Of a stretch of 64,000 nt of DNA, positions 36,652 to 45,614 are shown piece by piece. Each line of letters opens with the position of its first letter. Within the stretch, counting starts at the first letter, position 1. The stretch is from Anaerovoracaceae bacterium (lineage in GTDB: Bacteria; Bacillota; Clostridia; Peptostreptococcales; Anaerovoracaceae). A model generated the notes under the pieces. That model did no database searches and was not told the origin of the DNA. It was given only the letters and a program-made list of their open reading frames with translations. The stretch covers positions 11,669 through 75,668 of the forward strand of contig JAZUII010000013.1 in assembly GCA_045642105.1 (NCBI GenBank), given 5' to 3'. The position numbers and the translations under genes were made by a program.

Positions 36652-37089
36652 TTATTCTTCAGCAGCTTCCTTGTCCTCAACTGCCTCTTCTACCTCTTCA
36701 GCCTCTTCAGCTTTCTTCTCTGCCTTCTCTACGGCCTTTGCAGCCTTTGCAGCTTTTGCGGCTTCCTTCTTTGCAGCCTTCTCAGCCTTTGCAGCTGCAA
36801 GCTCTTCAGCGCTTACATAGTACGCAGGGTTCTGTGAACGCACTTCCTCAAGGATATAGCCTGCCATAAATACAAGAATCGCCATTACCAGTGGATTCAT
36901 TACTGCTGACAGAACATATGACATTGTGTCGCCCATATTCTGGCCCATTGTAGTTCCGTACTGACCGAACATGCTGCTCAGGTAAGTAAGTGTCGATACA
37001 AAAGTAAAGCATGTGTAGACCAGCAGCAGAGCTGCAACTACATAACATGCAATAGCAATACCGGATCTTCTGAATTTCTTTTCATTCAT
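36652..37089 (-). CDS. membrane protein with an Ala/Lys/Glu-rich C-terminal tail (hypothetical)
   Basis: 145-aa protein. About 3 TM segments, then AAAKAEKAAKKEAAKAAKAAKAVEKAEKKAEEAEE. Confidence 0.55.
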   Translation of the reverse strand: MNEKKFRRSGIAIACYVVAALLLVYTCFTFVSTLTYLSSMFGQYGTTMGQNMGDTMSYVLSAVMNPLVMAILVFMAGYILEEVRSQNPAYYVSAEELAAAKAEKAAKKEAAKAAKAAKAVEKAEKKAEEAEEVEEAVEDKEAAEE

Positions 37090-37187
37090 TGTTCTAACAT
37101 CTCCAATTTATATATTTTGTTCAAGTTAATGATAACACCATTATTCGATTTTTCTTTGTTTATTATGTGGTGCTTTAATGAAGAATC

Positions 37188-37916
37188 TTACGATTCTATT
37201 CGCCAGTCGATTGGTGTGCCGCCGTTGTCTTCGATAAAATAATTGGCTCTGTCGAAGTATCTTCCGCCGAAAAACCCTCTATATGCGGACAACGGACTTG
37301 GATGCGGTGCGGTGATAATCAGGTGTCTTGTGCCGACATCTTTTGCCGCCTCAAGGATAAGTTCTTTCTTCCTGCCGGCAGCTGCGCCCCACAAGATAAA
37401 AACAACGGGCTTTTCTCTTGCGGCGAGTTTCCTTATAACCGCATCAGTGAATTTCTCCCAGCCTTTGTCCCTGTGTGAGGCCGCCTCATGAGCTCTTACT
37501 GTAAGAACCGTATTAAGAAGCAGCACTCCCTGGCGTGCCCAAGGCACAAGAATGCCTTCCGATGAGTCATCATTTGAATTCAAAGTGCGGCTCTTTTGTT
37601 CATTTTCGTCACTAAGCTCCGTCCCCCTTAACTCAATAAGTATATTGCGCAGCGAAGGAGGCTGCGGTATATTTTTCGGCACAGAGAAAGCAAGCCCGTG
37701 CGCTTGCCCTGGTTCGTGATATGGATCCTGCCCAAGTATTACAACTTTTGTATCTGCAAATGAGGTATATTTGAAAGCATTGAATATATCCTCTGCAGGG
37801 GGGAATACAGTCGTGCGACTGTATTCCCCTTGCAGGAATTCCCTTAAGCTGATGTAGTAATCCTTTTCGAATTCTTCACTCAGGATTGCATCCCAATCGT
37901 TTCCTATCTTCTGCAT
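37188..37916 (-). CDS. ung: uracil-DNA glycosylase (family 1)
   Basis: GQDPYH, GLAFSV and HPSPLSA motifs. About 12 aa of low-complexity insertion before WARQGVLLLN. Confidence 0.92.
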   Translation of the reverse strand: MQKIGNDWDAILSEEFEKDYYISLREFLQGEYSRTTVFPPAEDIFNAFKYTSFADTKVVILGQDPYHEPGQAHGLAFSVPKNIPQPPSLRNILIELRGTELSDENEQKSRTLNSNDDSSEGILVPWARQGVLLLNTVLTVRAHEAASHRDKGWEKFTDAVIRKLAAREKPVVFILWGAAAGRKKELILEAAKDVGTRHLIITAPHPSPLSAYRGFFGGRYFDRANYFIEDNGGTPIDWRIES

Positions 37917-38290
37917 TATTTCTGCATCTCGTACTCATTACCATCTGCATCTGTGAAAGTAATGGTTTTATCATTTCTTACTGCTATACCTTGCTTACCA
38001 TCATTATAAGTAATTGTGGCAGTTTTGTTGGAATCATTAAATTCCCATGTACCCTCGTACTCATCTCCGAGCAGATTCACTACGCAGCTTCCGCTTTTGT
38101 TGAGCTTGAGGAAGCCGGCTGATACGAGGCCAAGTGCCTCGATTTCGTCCTCCTCCATAACGAGTGTACCTGCTTTCACTTCCGTCACATTCCAGCGTCC
38201 AATCATTTTAGTTCTATCAGAGCATGCTGTGAATACGAACATCATTGAAAGAATCATTGCGATAATAAGTAAGGTTTTGCGATTTCTCAT
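37916..38290 (-). CDS. hypothetical lipoprotein
   Basis: MRNRKTLLIIAMILSMMFVFTAC lipobox. 124 aa. Confidence 0.6.
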   Translation of the reverse strand: MRNRKTLLIIAMILSMMFVFTACSDRTKMIGRWNVTEVKAGTLVMEEDEIEALGLVSAGFLKLNKSGSCVVNLLGDEYEGTWEFNDSNKTATITYNDGKQGIAVRNDKTITFTDADGNEYEMQK

Positions 38291-38338
38291 TATGTCTATC
38301 TCCAGTTAATAATTTCTTTGTTCCCGGTATAACCTATA

Positions 38339-39010
38339 TTAATTTCCTGATGGGATGTAAGCTGCGATTGCGCCAGCAAGTGTTGCCAGTGGCATTGTCT
38401 GGAGCCATACTCTTCCCGGACCTGTAACTACAGTGTTGAAGAGACCCTCGCCTCCGCCAATAACATTAGCGAATCCTTTTATCACCTGAATATCCATTGA
38501 GCATGTAACATCCATAGCTGCGATGTAACCGCTGTCTACAACAAGCTTCTCGCCTGCTGCAAGCTCCTTAACCTCAACTTCTCCATCGAACTCGAGGAAA
38601 GCATAGCCTGCGCCTGAAAGCTTCTGCATGATGAAGCCCTCTCCGCCGAAGAATCCTGCGCCAATCTTCTTCTGCAGATAGATGTCCATCTGAACATTAG
38701 GAGTAGCTGCGAGGAAAGAACCCTTCTGCGCGATAATTGGTGCCTCTCCGATGTTGAAAGCCTTGATTGGGCCAGGAACTTTCTTTGCAAAAGCAATCTC
38801 TCCTGCCTGTGATGCTGTATATGTGTTCAAAAACAGTGACTCACCCATAAGAGCCTTCTTAAATGCTCCGCCGAGTCCGCCGGCCTTTGTCTCCATTGCA
38901 ATTCCCGGTGTCATCCATGCCATAGCTCCTGACTGACATTTGAGTGATTCTCCTGCCTCCATCTGGCAGACAAGAACTGTAAATGGCTCATGCTTAATCT
39001 GATATTTCAT
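38339..39010 (-). CDS. TIGR00266/AIM24 (DUF124) family protein
   Basis: AGGAG RBS before ATG 39010. MKYQIKHEPFTVLVCQMEAGESLKCQSGAMAWM. Confidence 0.7.
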   Translation of the reverse strand: MKYQIKHEPFTVLVCQMEAGESLKCQSGAMAWMTPGIAMETKAGGLGGAFKKALMGESLFLNTYTASQAGEIAFAKKVPGPIKAFNIGEAPIIAQKGSFLAATPNVQMDIYLQKKIGAGFFGGEGFIMQKLSGAGYAFLEFDGEVEVKELAAGEKLVVDSGYIAAMDVTCSMDIQVIKGFANVIGGGEGLFNTVVTGPGRVWLQTMPLATLAGAIAAYIPSGN

Positions 39011-39563
39011 TTGATAGTCTCCTTTCATGACATCTATTAATACAGTACACAACATATGCACTGCTTATTCCAACAATTATTCCTCCAAGAACATCCGAAG
39101 GAAAATGCATTCCGAGATAAAGTCTCGATAATCCTACAAGTGCTGCTAAGGTCACTGCCGCGATGCCGTATCTCCTTCTGAATCCGCAGATTCCGGAGTT
39201 AAGCAGTATCGCCGTCGCAGTTGCAAAAGAACTCGTTGTGTGTCCGGACGGGAACGACCAGTCGCCGGGATCCGGAGTAAGTCTTGTTACCTCGTCGAAA
39301 AGAGTCCATGGTCTCGGTCTCTCAACAAGTGGTTTTAGACATACATTGCATATCACAAAGCCGATAAAAAGCGATACCAGTGCCAGCACTCCAAGCTTGC
39401 GTGTTCTTCTGAAGCAGATGAGCACAATACACAGCCCCAGCCAGAATGCACCCCACTCTCCGAAAAAAGTTATGAACTTCATAACGGGGGTAAGTGCATC
39501 GCATACCAGCAGATTCTGAATCGCAATCAGAAGCTGCCCGTCTGCCTGAACAAACCCGCTCAT
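38994..39563 (-). CDS. PAP2-family phosphatase
   Basis: PSGHTTSSF and SRLYLGMHFPSDVLGG motifs. Confidence 0.8.
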   Translation of the reverse strand: MSGFVQADGQLLIAIQNLLVCDALTPVMKFITFFGEWGAFWLGLCIVLICFRRTRKLGVLALVSLFIGFVICNVCLKPLVERPRPWTLFDEVTRLTPDPGDWSFPSGHTTSSFATATAILLNSGICGFRRRYGIAAVTLAALVGLSRLYLGMHFPSDVLGGIIVGISSAYVVYCINRCHERRLSNEISD

Positions 39564-39565
39564 GC

Positions 39566-40741
39566 TTATGCCTCCTCGATAAGGCTTTCCGGACAGTTAA
39601 CGAAAACCTTTGGCAGTCTCTGTCCGAATCCGCAGGTAATCTCGTAGTTGATTGTACCTATAAGCTCTGCGAGCTCGTCCGCAGTTATCGCTTCTTCACC
39701 CTGCGTACCCATTATAACAGCTTCCTGGCCCTCGTATGCGTCCGGAATATCTGTCAGGTCAATCATGCACTGATCCATGCAGATATTTCCGATTACAGGA
39801 ACTCTCTTTCCGTCAACGAGCACGCATACCTTGCCGCTGAGAGCCCTCTTGTATCCGTCCGCATATCCAAGTGGAAGAGTTCCGATTACAGACTCCCTCT
39901 CACTTACGAAATTGCGGCCGTAGCTTACAGCTGTTCCTGCAGGAACCTTCTTTATATTTACAATATTCGCCTTAACTGACATAACCGGCTGAAGATCAAT
40001 TGCTTTATCCTTCAGGTATCCGGATGGATAGCATCCGTAGAGAATGATTCCCGGTCTTGTCGCATCAAAGTGCACTTCAGGGTGCACCATAACAGACGCA
40101 CTGTTGGCTGCAATTCTGTATATGTCCTCAATTCCGCGGGACTTAAGTTCTTCGCAGAAATTCATATAGTTCTCAGCCTGCTTCTCTGTGTAGCTTCTGT
40201 CCTCTTCATCGGCTGTCGAGAAGTGTGTGATAATTCCCTCAATGGAAAGATTATCCATCGCCATCATTCTCTCGTAATCATCAGCGGCCAGCTTAAGCTC
40301 CTCTTTGAACATTGTGCGGTAGCCGATTCTTCCCATTCCTGTGTCGATTGCAAAAAGTACTTTTGCCTTGCTTCCTGCTTCTGCGGCTGCATCATTAAGT
40401 GCTTCTGCAGCGGCGAGGCTTCCGATAACCGGTGTAAAATTCTCTTCAACAACGACATCTGCGTTCACTGCAGGTGTCAGTCCGAGAATGATAATATCCT
40501 CGTCTGCGCCCTCCTCTCGAAGCTCAAGTGCCTCGTCCAGAGTTGCAACAGCAAAACGCTTTGCCCCGTTTGCGGCAAGAACAGCCGCACACTCCGCAGC
40601 CCCGTGACCATAAGCGTCTGCTTTTATCACGCCTATCATTTCCTGCCCGTCAGCCAGATGCTCTCTTATTGCTTTTATATTGCTGTCAAGTGCGGCAAGA
40701 TCTATCTCGACCCATGCTGCTCTGAGTAATTCTTTATACAT
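39566..40741 (-). CDS. alr: alanine racemase
   Basis: AWVEIDLAALDSNI...VIKADAYGHGA (PLP-Lys motif). 391 aa. Confidence 0.92.
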   Translation of the reverse strand: MYKELLRAAWVEIDLAALDSNIKAIREHLADGQEMIGVIKADAYGHGAAECAAVLAANGAKRFAVATLDEALELREEGADEDIIILGLTPAVNADVVVEENFTPVIGSLAAAEALNDAAAEAGSKAKVLFAIDTGMGRIGYRTMFKEELKLAADDYERMMAMDNLSIEGIITHFSTADEEDRSYTEKQAENYMNFCEELKSRGIEDIYRIAANSASVMVHPEVHFDATRPGIILYGCYPSGYLKDKAIDLQPVMSVKANIVNIKKVPAGTAVSYGRNFVSERESVIGTLPLGYADGYKRALSGKVCVLVDGKRVPVIGNICMDQCMIDLTDIPDAYEGQEAVIMGTQGEEAITADELAELIGTINYEITCGFGQRLPKVFVNCPESLIEEA

Positions 40742-42111
40742 TAGAGGTATTCTCCCTTACTTGTCCTTCTCCAGATACCCATCTTCTCGGCTTCTTTGAT
40801 GAGTTCTTCTCTGCACTCAGGATGTGCGATGCTTATAATCTGCTCAGCCCTCTGCCATGTTGATTTGCCCTTAAGATTAACTCCTCCGAACTCGGTTACC
40901 ACGTAGTGCACTGCCGCACGAGGTGTAGTTACGATTGATCCACGTGGCAGTGTCGGATGAATCAGTGAATGTTTGTTGCCATCCTTGTCCTCTCTCGCGG
41001 ATTTTGTGCAGATAAAACTCTTTCCGCCGTTCGAAAGAAATGCGCCGAGAACGAAATCGAGCTGTCCTCCTGTTCCGCTTACATGACGGAAGCCTACACT
41101 CTCAGAACATACCTGTCCGTAGAGATCGATTCCAATGCATCCGTTAATCGAGATAAAATTATCGAATTCGGCAATTGTATGCACGTTGTTAACATAATCA
41201 ACTGGTGCACTGCAGCAGATAGGGTTGTCATCGATAAAATCGTATACCCTGCTGCTTCCTCCGGCAAAGGTGTATACCGAAAGGCCCTTGTCTCTTGGTT
41301 TTCTGTTGGTGAGCTTACCTGCGTTATAGAGATCTACATAACCGTCAACGAACATCTCACTGTGAGCCGACAAGTCTCTTATATCTGAGTCAGCCAGCAT
41401 TGTTCCAACTGAGTTTGGAACGGCTCCGATTCCAAGCTGAAGTGTGCTGAAGTTGTTAACCTTGCCAACGATGAATTCAGCAATTCTCTTGTCTTCGTCA
41501 GATGCAGCCTTTGGCTTCATCTCCGGCAGAGATGGATTGTCTCCCTCGATTATGTAGCTTACTTCTGCGATATTGATATGTGAGTCATAGCCAAGTGCAA
41601 TAGGCATGCTCTCATTTACTTCGACAATTACAGTCTTTGAATGTCTGATAATGCCCCAGAGATCTGCGTTTACAGGTCCGAAGTTGAAGTTGCCGTATTT
41701 GTCCATTGGCGCAACCTGAAAGCAGCAGATATCGAAACCGTTTCCCTCCTGTGCCCAGTAGAGAGGCTCCTCGTTAAAAAGCTGCGGTACGAACCAGGTG
41801 TTACCCTCACGCTGCATCATTCTGTCATGCATACCGAAGTGTGTTGTGTAGAATCTCGCCTGCTCAACAGACTGGGTTGCTTTATATGTCTCCATGAGAT
41901 CTTTTCTGATTGCGATTTCGGTCTGAATTTCAAGCCCACGAAGCAGTGTATCGTTCTTAAGTCTCGAGGCAAGCGCCCTGTCCATATATACAGAGGTTCC
42001 TGTTCCGATTCCAAAGTGAAGGCGGTAATTACTTTTGACAAGATTTGCCGCATAGTCCGCCGTAATCAGCTTTGACATGTACTCACTCTGAACCTGCTTG
42101 ATATTATACAT
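40741..42111 (-). CDS. acetyl-CoA hydrolase/transferase family protein (butyryl-CoA:acetate CoA-transferase-like)
   Basis: 456-aa protein with AcetylCoA_hydro/transf layout and GGQLDF motif. Substrate not assignable. Confidence 0.7.
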   Translation of the reverse strand: MYNIKQVQSEYMSKLITADYAANLVKSNYRLHFGIGTGTSVYMDRALASRLKNDTLLRGLEIQTEIAIRKDLMETYKATQSVEQARFYTTHFGMHDRMMQREGNTWFVPQLFNEEPLYWAQEGNGFDICCFQVAPMDKYGNFNFGPVNADLWGIIRHSKTVIVEVNESMPIALGYDSHINIAEVSYIIEGDNPSLPEMKPKAASDEDKRIAEFIVGKVNNFSTLQLGIGAVPNSVGTMLADSDIRDLSAHSEMFVDGYVDLYNAGKLTNRKPRDKGLSVYTFAGGSSRVYDFIDDNPICCSAPVDYVNNVHTIAEFDNFISINGCIGIDLYGQVCSESVGFRHVSGTGGQLDFVLGAFLSNGGKSFICTKSAREDKDGNKHSLIHPTLPRGSIVTTPRAAVHYVVTEFGGVNLKGKSTWQRAEQIISIAHPECREELIKEAEKMGIWRRTSKGEYL

Positions 42112-42305
42112 ACTCTTTCCCCTTTCTACGCCCTCTCCGGAAGCCCCGGGAGAACACGCCTATGTGAACATATAGACCCTCGTATTTTACCGCATACAAG
42201 ACATTCATTCAAGCAGAGCACCTGATAATTATGTGCCTGCCCAGCTGCTGGCTATGTTGAAAGAGACCGGTCCCTGTGGTATTATTCTCTTTGTTAAAAC
42301 AAAAT

Positions 42306-42381
42306 GTCTCAGTAGCTCAGGGGACAGAGCACCGCTCTCCTAAAGCGGGTGTCGGAGGTTCGAATCCTCTCTGGGACACCA
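42306..42381 (+). tRNA. tRNA-Arg (anticodon CCT)
   Basis: Folded by hand into a 76-nt cloverleaf. Acceptor GTCTCAG/CTGGGAC, D arm GCTC/GAGC, anticodon stem CCGCT/AGCGG with loop CTCCTAA, T arm GGAGG-TTCGAAT-CCTCT. CCA is encoded. Confidence 0.9.
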
Positions 42382-42433
42382 CACTTGCAATATTCGAACT
42401 TTTACTTCTACCCCGGCGGATTCGCTGTAGAAG

Positions 42434-42480
42434 TCTGGTTCAAATAAGGTACACAAAAAACGGCTTAACGCCGTTTTTTG
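42434..42480. repeat. copy A of the 45-nt terminator-like repeat (putative attL)
   Basis: tctggttcaaataaggtacacaaaaaacggcttaacgccgttttttg. Shares its left flank with copy C. Confidence 0.7.
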
Positions 42481-42530
42481 TGTTTCAATTGAGGTTAAAT
42501 CACTTAATTACTTCCTATAATACATCCTCA

Positions 42531-43652
42531 TTATTGTGAAACTTTTATTCCGATCACATTCATCACATAATCGAAATATGTTATCTTGTCATAAACTATT
42601 CTGGCTTCTACTGCCATTCCATTAGTTACAGTTACATTGTCCCCATTCTTTGTATTGAGAACTGTTGATTCCGGTTTAATCTTTATCTTAAAGAATGATT
42701 GCTGACCGTCTTCACTGATTGAGATGTCAGAATCGATTTCTGTTACTTCCCCTTTCAATGTTCCATAAACGTTCGGCTGCAAGCCTGAGACTGCAACAGT
42801 TACAGCATTTCCGACATCAATTCGACTGCGATCTGACGCCGAAACAGTAGCCTCGATTATAGCTTTATCTCCATCTGTGTCTGAGAGGCTTGCAATCGGA
42901 CTGCCGGCCTGTATCACCACACCGTCTTTATACTCCCCTAGCAGATGCAGCTTTCCAGAGGCATTTGCTGTAACTGTAAAGTTTGCCTCTTCGGATTTTA
43001 ACGCACTGATCTGACTGTCTATTGCATCTACTTCCTGCTGATTCTGTTTCTGCGAAGCAGCTGCCGTATTCATAGCTTCATATTTCGTTTGCTGTCTTGC
43101 TGCTTCATTGCTTTTTACTGCTGCAGCTATTTCTTTATCCGAGTAGTCCAACTTTTTCAGTGCGCCCTTATCTATAACCTGTTGCTCGAGCTGTTTCTCA
43201 TACGCTTTATATTGGCTGTAATATAAGCTATCCGATTTATCACTGGATGAAAAATAATTCTTCGAATCTTTAATAGACTTTACCAGCTGAGCATATTTTG
43301 AAGCTGTCACTGCGTATGATGCGCGCTGCGCTTCGAGTTGCTTAATCTGCATATCTATATCATTGCTTTTTACCTTGAAAAGTTCCTGTCCTTTTCTAAT
43401 GTCCTGCCCCTCATGCATGCTGACATCATAAATCTCTCCGCCATACTCGCTCATTACATAGTTCTTGTCCACCCCTTGAATTGTACCGTTTGCCATTACA
43501 ATATACGGTCTCTTCGCATGCGTTGACCAGATAGACACAACAATAATAATCGCAAACACAATTATGAGAAGAAAATAACCGAAACCTGGCACATCCTTCT
43601 CATATAATAATCTACTGTCTTTTAATTCATCTAATGTCGTTGGCTTATTCAT
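42531..43652 (-). CDS. HlyD/ComB-type bacteriocin secretion accessory protein
   Basis: N-terminal TM, long coiled-coil region and beta-barrel tail. Overlaps the upstream gene by 8 nt. Confidence 0.75.
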   Translation of the reverse strand: MNKPTTLDELKDSRLLYEKDVPGFGYFLLIIVFAIIIVVSIWSTHAKRPYIVMANGTIQGVDKNYVMSEYGGEIYDVSMHEGQDIRKGQELFKVKSNDIDMQIKQLEAQRASYAVTASKYAQLVKSIKDSKNYFSSSDKSDSLYYSQYKAYEKQLEQQVIDKGALKKLDYSDKEIAAAVKSNEAARQQTKYEAMNTAAASQKQNQQEVDAIDSQISALKSEEANFTVTANASGKLHLLGEYKDGVVIQAGSPIASLSDTDGDKAIIEATVSASDRSRIDVGNAVTVAVSGLQPNVYGTLKGEVTEIDSDISISEDGQQSFFKIKIKPESTVLNTKNGDNVTVTNGMAVEARIVYDKITYFDYVMNVIGIKVSQ

Positions 43653-44430
43653 TTGTTTTGTGTAAATCGATGCTTAAATCTTTTTTATATATTATTAACG
43701 TAATCGTTACCGCAATTGCTATATATACTACCAGCAATAATATCGATAAAAAAGTTTTATCCGGGAGAACAGTAATTCTCGAATTATCTGACAATAGAAA
43801 AACAAGTAAATTGTTAGCACTGTGCACAATCATGCTCACGACCAAATTTCCTGTTGCTTCATATGCAAGACATAAACATATTCCAATTAATAGTGCATTT
43901 ATATCCGCATATGCACTTCCATGTGTGAACGCAAAAATGGTACTTGAAACAATTGCCGCCCCAAAGAAGGAATTGTTCTTACGCAATCTGCCAAATATTG
44001 CACCTCTAAATATTAACTCTTCTGCTATAGGAGCCAAAACTACAAGAACTACAAACACAAGAGGTCCATTATTGCTTGTCGTAGTATCCCATGGCCTTGT
44101 CTGATCCATTTTTAACAGTAGCAATAAAGTTTCTAATGCACTTGAAAATGCAAGGACTGCAATGTATACAAGTATGATTATTTTCGCATTTTTTAAAATT
44201 CCCTTATTACTAAAATTAATGATTTTTTCTGATCTCAAAATATAACCAGTTGCAGCTATCTGAATCAATGAACCAAATGCTGTAACGAGCAATCTTCTGT
44301 TATTATATTCAATTCCTTCGTATCCATGTGTTGCTATGCTTAAACCCAATGATGCCATCACTAAGGCAAAAATATATAAAAACATTATTTTAATGCAAAA
44401 ATTAACATCTTCGTGTGTAGGTTTTATCAT
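43645..44430 (-). CDS. CPBP (Abi) family intramembrane protease, putative immunity or maturation protein
   Basis: Motifs APIAEELIFRG, FAFTHG and HSANN. Confidence 0.8.
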   Translation of the reverse strand: MIKPTHEDVNFCIKIMFLYIFALVMASLGLSIATHGYEGIEYNNRRLLVTAFGSLIQIAATGYILRSEKIINFSNKGILKNAKIIILVYIAVLAFSSALETLLLLLKMDQTRPWDTTTSNNGPLVFVVLVVLAPIAEELIFRGAIFGRLRKNNSFFGAAIVSSTIFAFTHGSAYADINALLIGICLCLAYEATGNLVVSMIVHSANNLLVFLLSDNSRITVLPDKTFLSILLLVVYIAIAVTITLIIYKKDLSIDLHKTNE

Positions 44431-44502
44431 GTATTCTCTCCTTAACTCACAGAGACGGGATAGCCACTAAAAGGCAACTATCCCGTCATACCTGCCAATT
44501 GA

Positions 44503-44697
44503 TTATTTCTGCATACTCTTAGGGCTAAAACCTTTTGGCGTTTTGTACTTTTTTCCAGAAATGCAATCATCAATAAACTTCGATGCGCAGTATCCAGCTG
44601 CGAATGTCAAAAGCTGACTTACTCCACCTTCAACTTGCATCATCTCGCTACTGCTTAATGCCATAGCTGAATTTGGTAAAACCATATTATTGTGCAT
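44503..44697 (-). CDS. double-glycine-leader class II bacteriocin precursor
   Basis: AGGAG RBS. Leader MHNNMVLPNSAMALSSSEMMQVEGG fits LSxxELxxIxGG. Predicted 39-aa mature peptide VSQLLTFAAGYCASKFIDDCISGKKYKTPKGFSPKSMQK has 2 Cys. Confidence 0.75.
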   Translation of the reverse strand: MHNNMVLPNSAMALSSSEMMQVEGGVSQLLTFAAGYCASKFIDDCISGKKYKTPKGFSPKSMQK

Positions 44698-44771
44698 ATC
44701 ATTCTCCTTTCTTTTCTATATAGTATTCTAAACAACGACACCATATGTACACTCTAATGTCATGTGTTTAT

Positions 44772-45434
44772 TCAGAAAAACACAAGCACATTGTGTATGC
44801 AATGCGCTATGATAGCCGCATCAATAGAACCTGTGCACTTATAAACTAAGGCATAACAAACTCCTGAAATAATATATGGTATGGAAGTTGCGCTAAATAG
44901 ATTATGCATTAATCCAAATGCAACACTTGATATTATAACGGCAATAAAAACAGCCACTTTTTCGTTGCTGATTTTCCTTTTAAGTCCTTTTTCAAACCAG
45001 CACATTATCACTCTTCGAAAAAACAGTAATCCTAATACGAGTACCTGAGCCAAGAATAACCGTTGCAAAAACTACCCGGACAATACTTGCTGTTTTAAAT
45101 TGCTCATCAAGCATAGCCTGATTCCCCGAAGCCAGTACCTCTTCCCCGAAAATTCTGCAGTAGATATAGAACATCAATGTATCAGAAGCAACAGCCGCAA
45201 CAATTATTATCAGTTTTTTAAACATTTTCTTTTTTCGGAGCGACAAAACATCTCATTCTTAAAGCAATATATACCAAGAACGCCTACGATACACACGCCC
45301 ATAAGAGATGCATTACTTGAAAAGACTTCTCTAAATTTAAATAAATATTCAAGCATGCCATATACAAAACGAATGCCTATATATGCTAATAAATATAATT
45401 CTTCTTTTCTTAAATTGCTCTGATTTTCCATCAT
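44772..45434 (-). pseudogene. second CPBP-family gene split over three frames (probable frameshifted pseudogene)
   Basis: Three contiguous overlapping ORFs in three frames. The last carries FGLMHN and IAHCIHN motifs. The EExxxR motif region is degenerate (LGLLFFRR). Confidence 0.5.
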
Positions 45435-45532
45435 TGTTTACGCCCTAGCGACCAGACTTCTAATTCATTGATTTTGCTTACGAAAATTGTAGCCGCGCTC
45501 AAAATTCCAATAAGCTCAAAAAACGTCAGCAT
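45431..45532 (-). CDS. unannotated 33-aa hydrophobic peptide ORF (speculative)
   Basis: MLTFFELIGILSAATIFVSKINELEVWSLGRKQ. Its TGA overlaps the next ATG (ATGA). Weak RBS. Confidence 0.25.
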   Translation of the reverse strand: MLTFFELIGILSAATIFVSKINELEVWSLGRKQ

Positions 45533-45614
45533 CTACACTTACAATACGTAATATATAGCCCGACCAGATTATCAACTATGTATACACGGTTACATCTGTG
45601 TCATTTGATGGAAT

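Noticed and set aside
37500-37640. Low-complexity insertion of about 12 aa (SDENEQKSRTLNSNDDSSEG) in uracil-DNA glycosylase
   Set aside because: It lies in a surface loop that varies among family-1 UDGs, and all catalytic motifs are intact. It is probably neutral.
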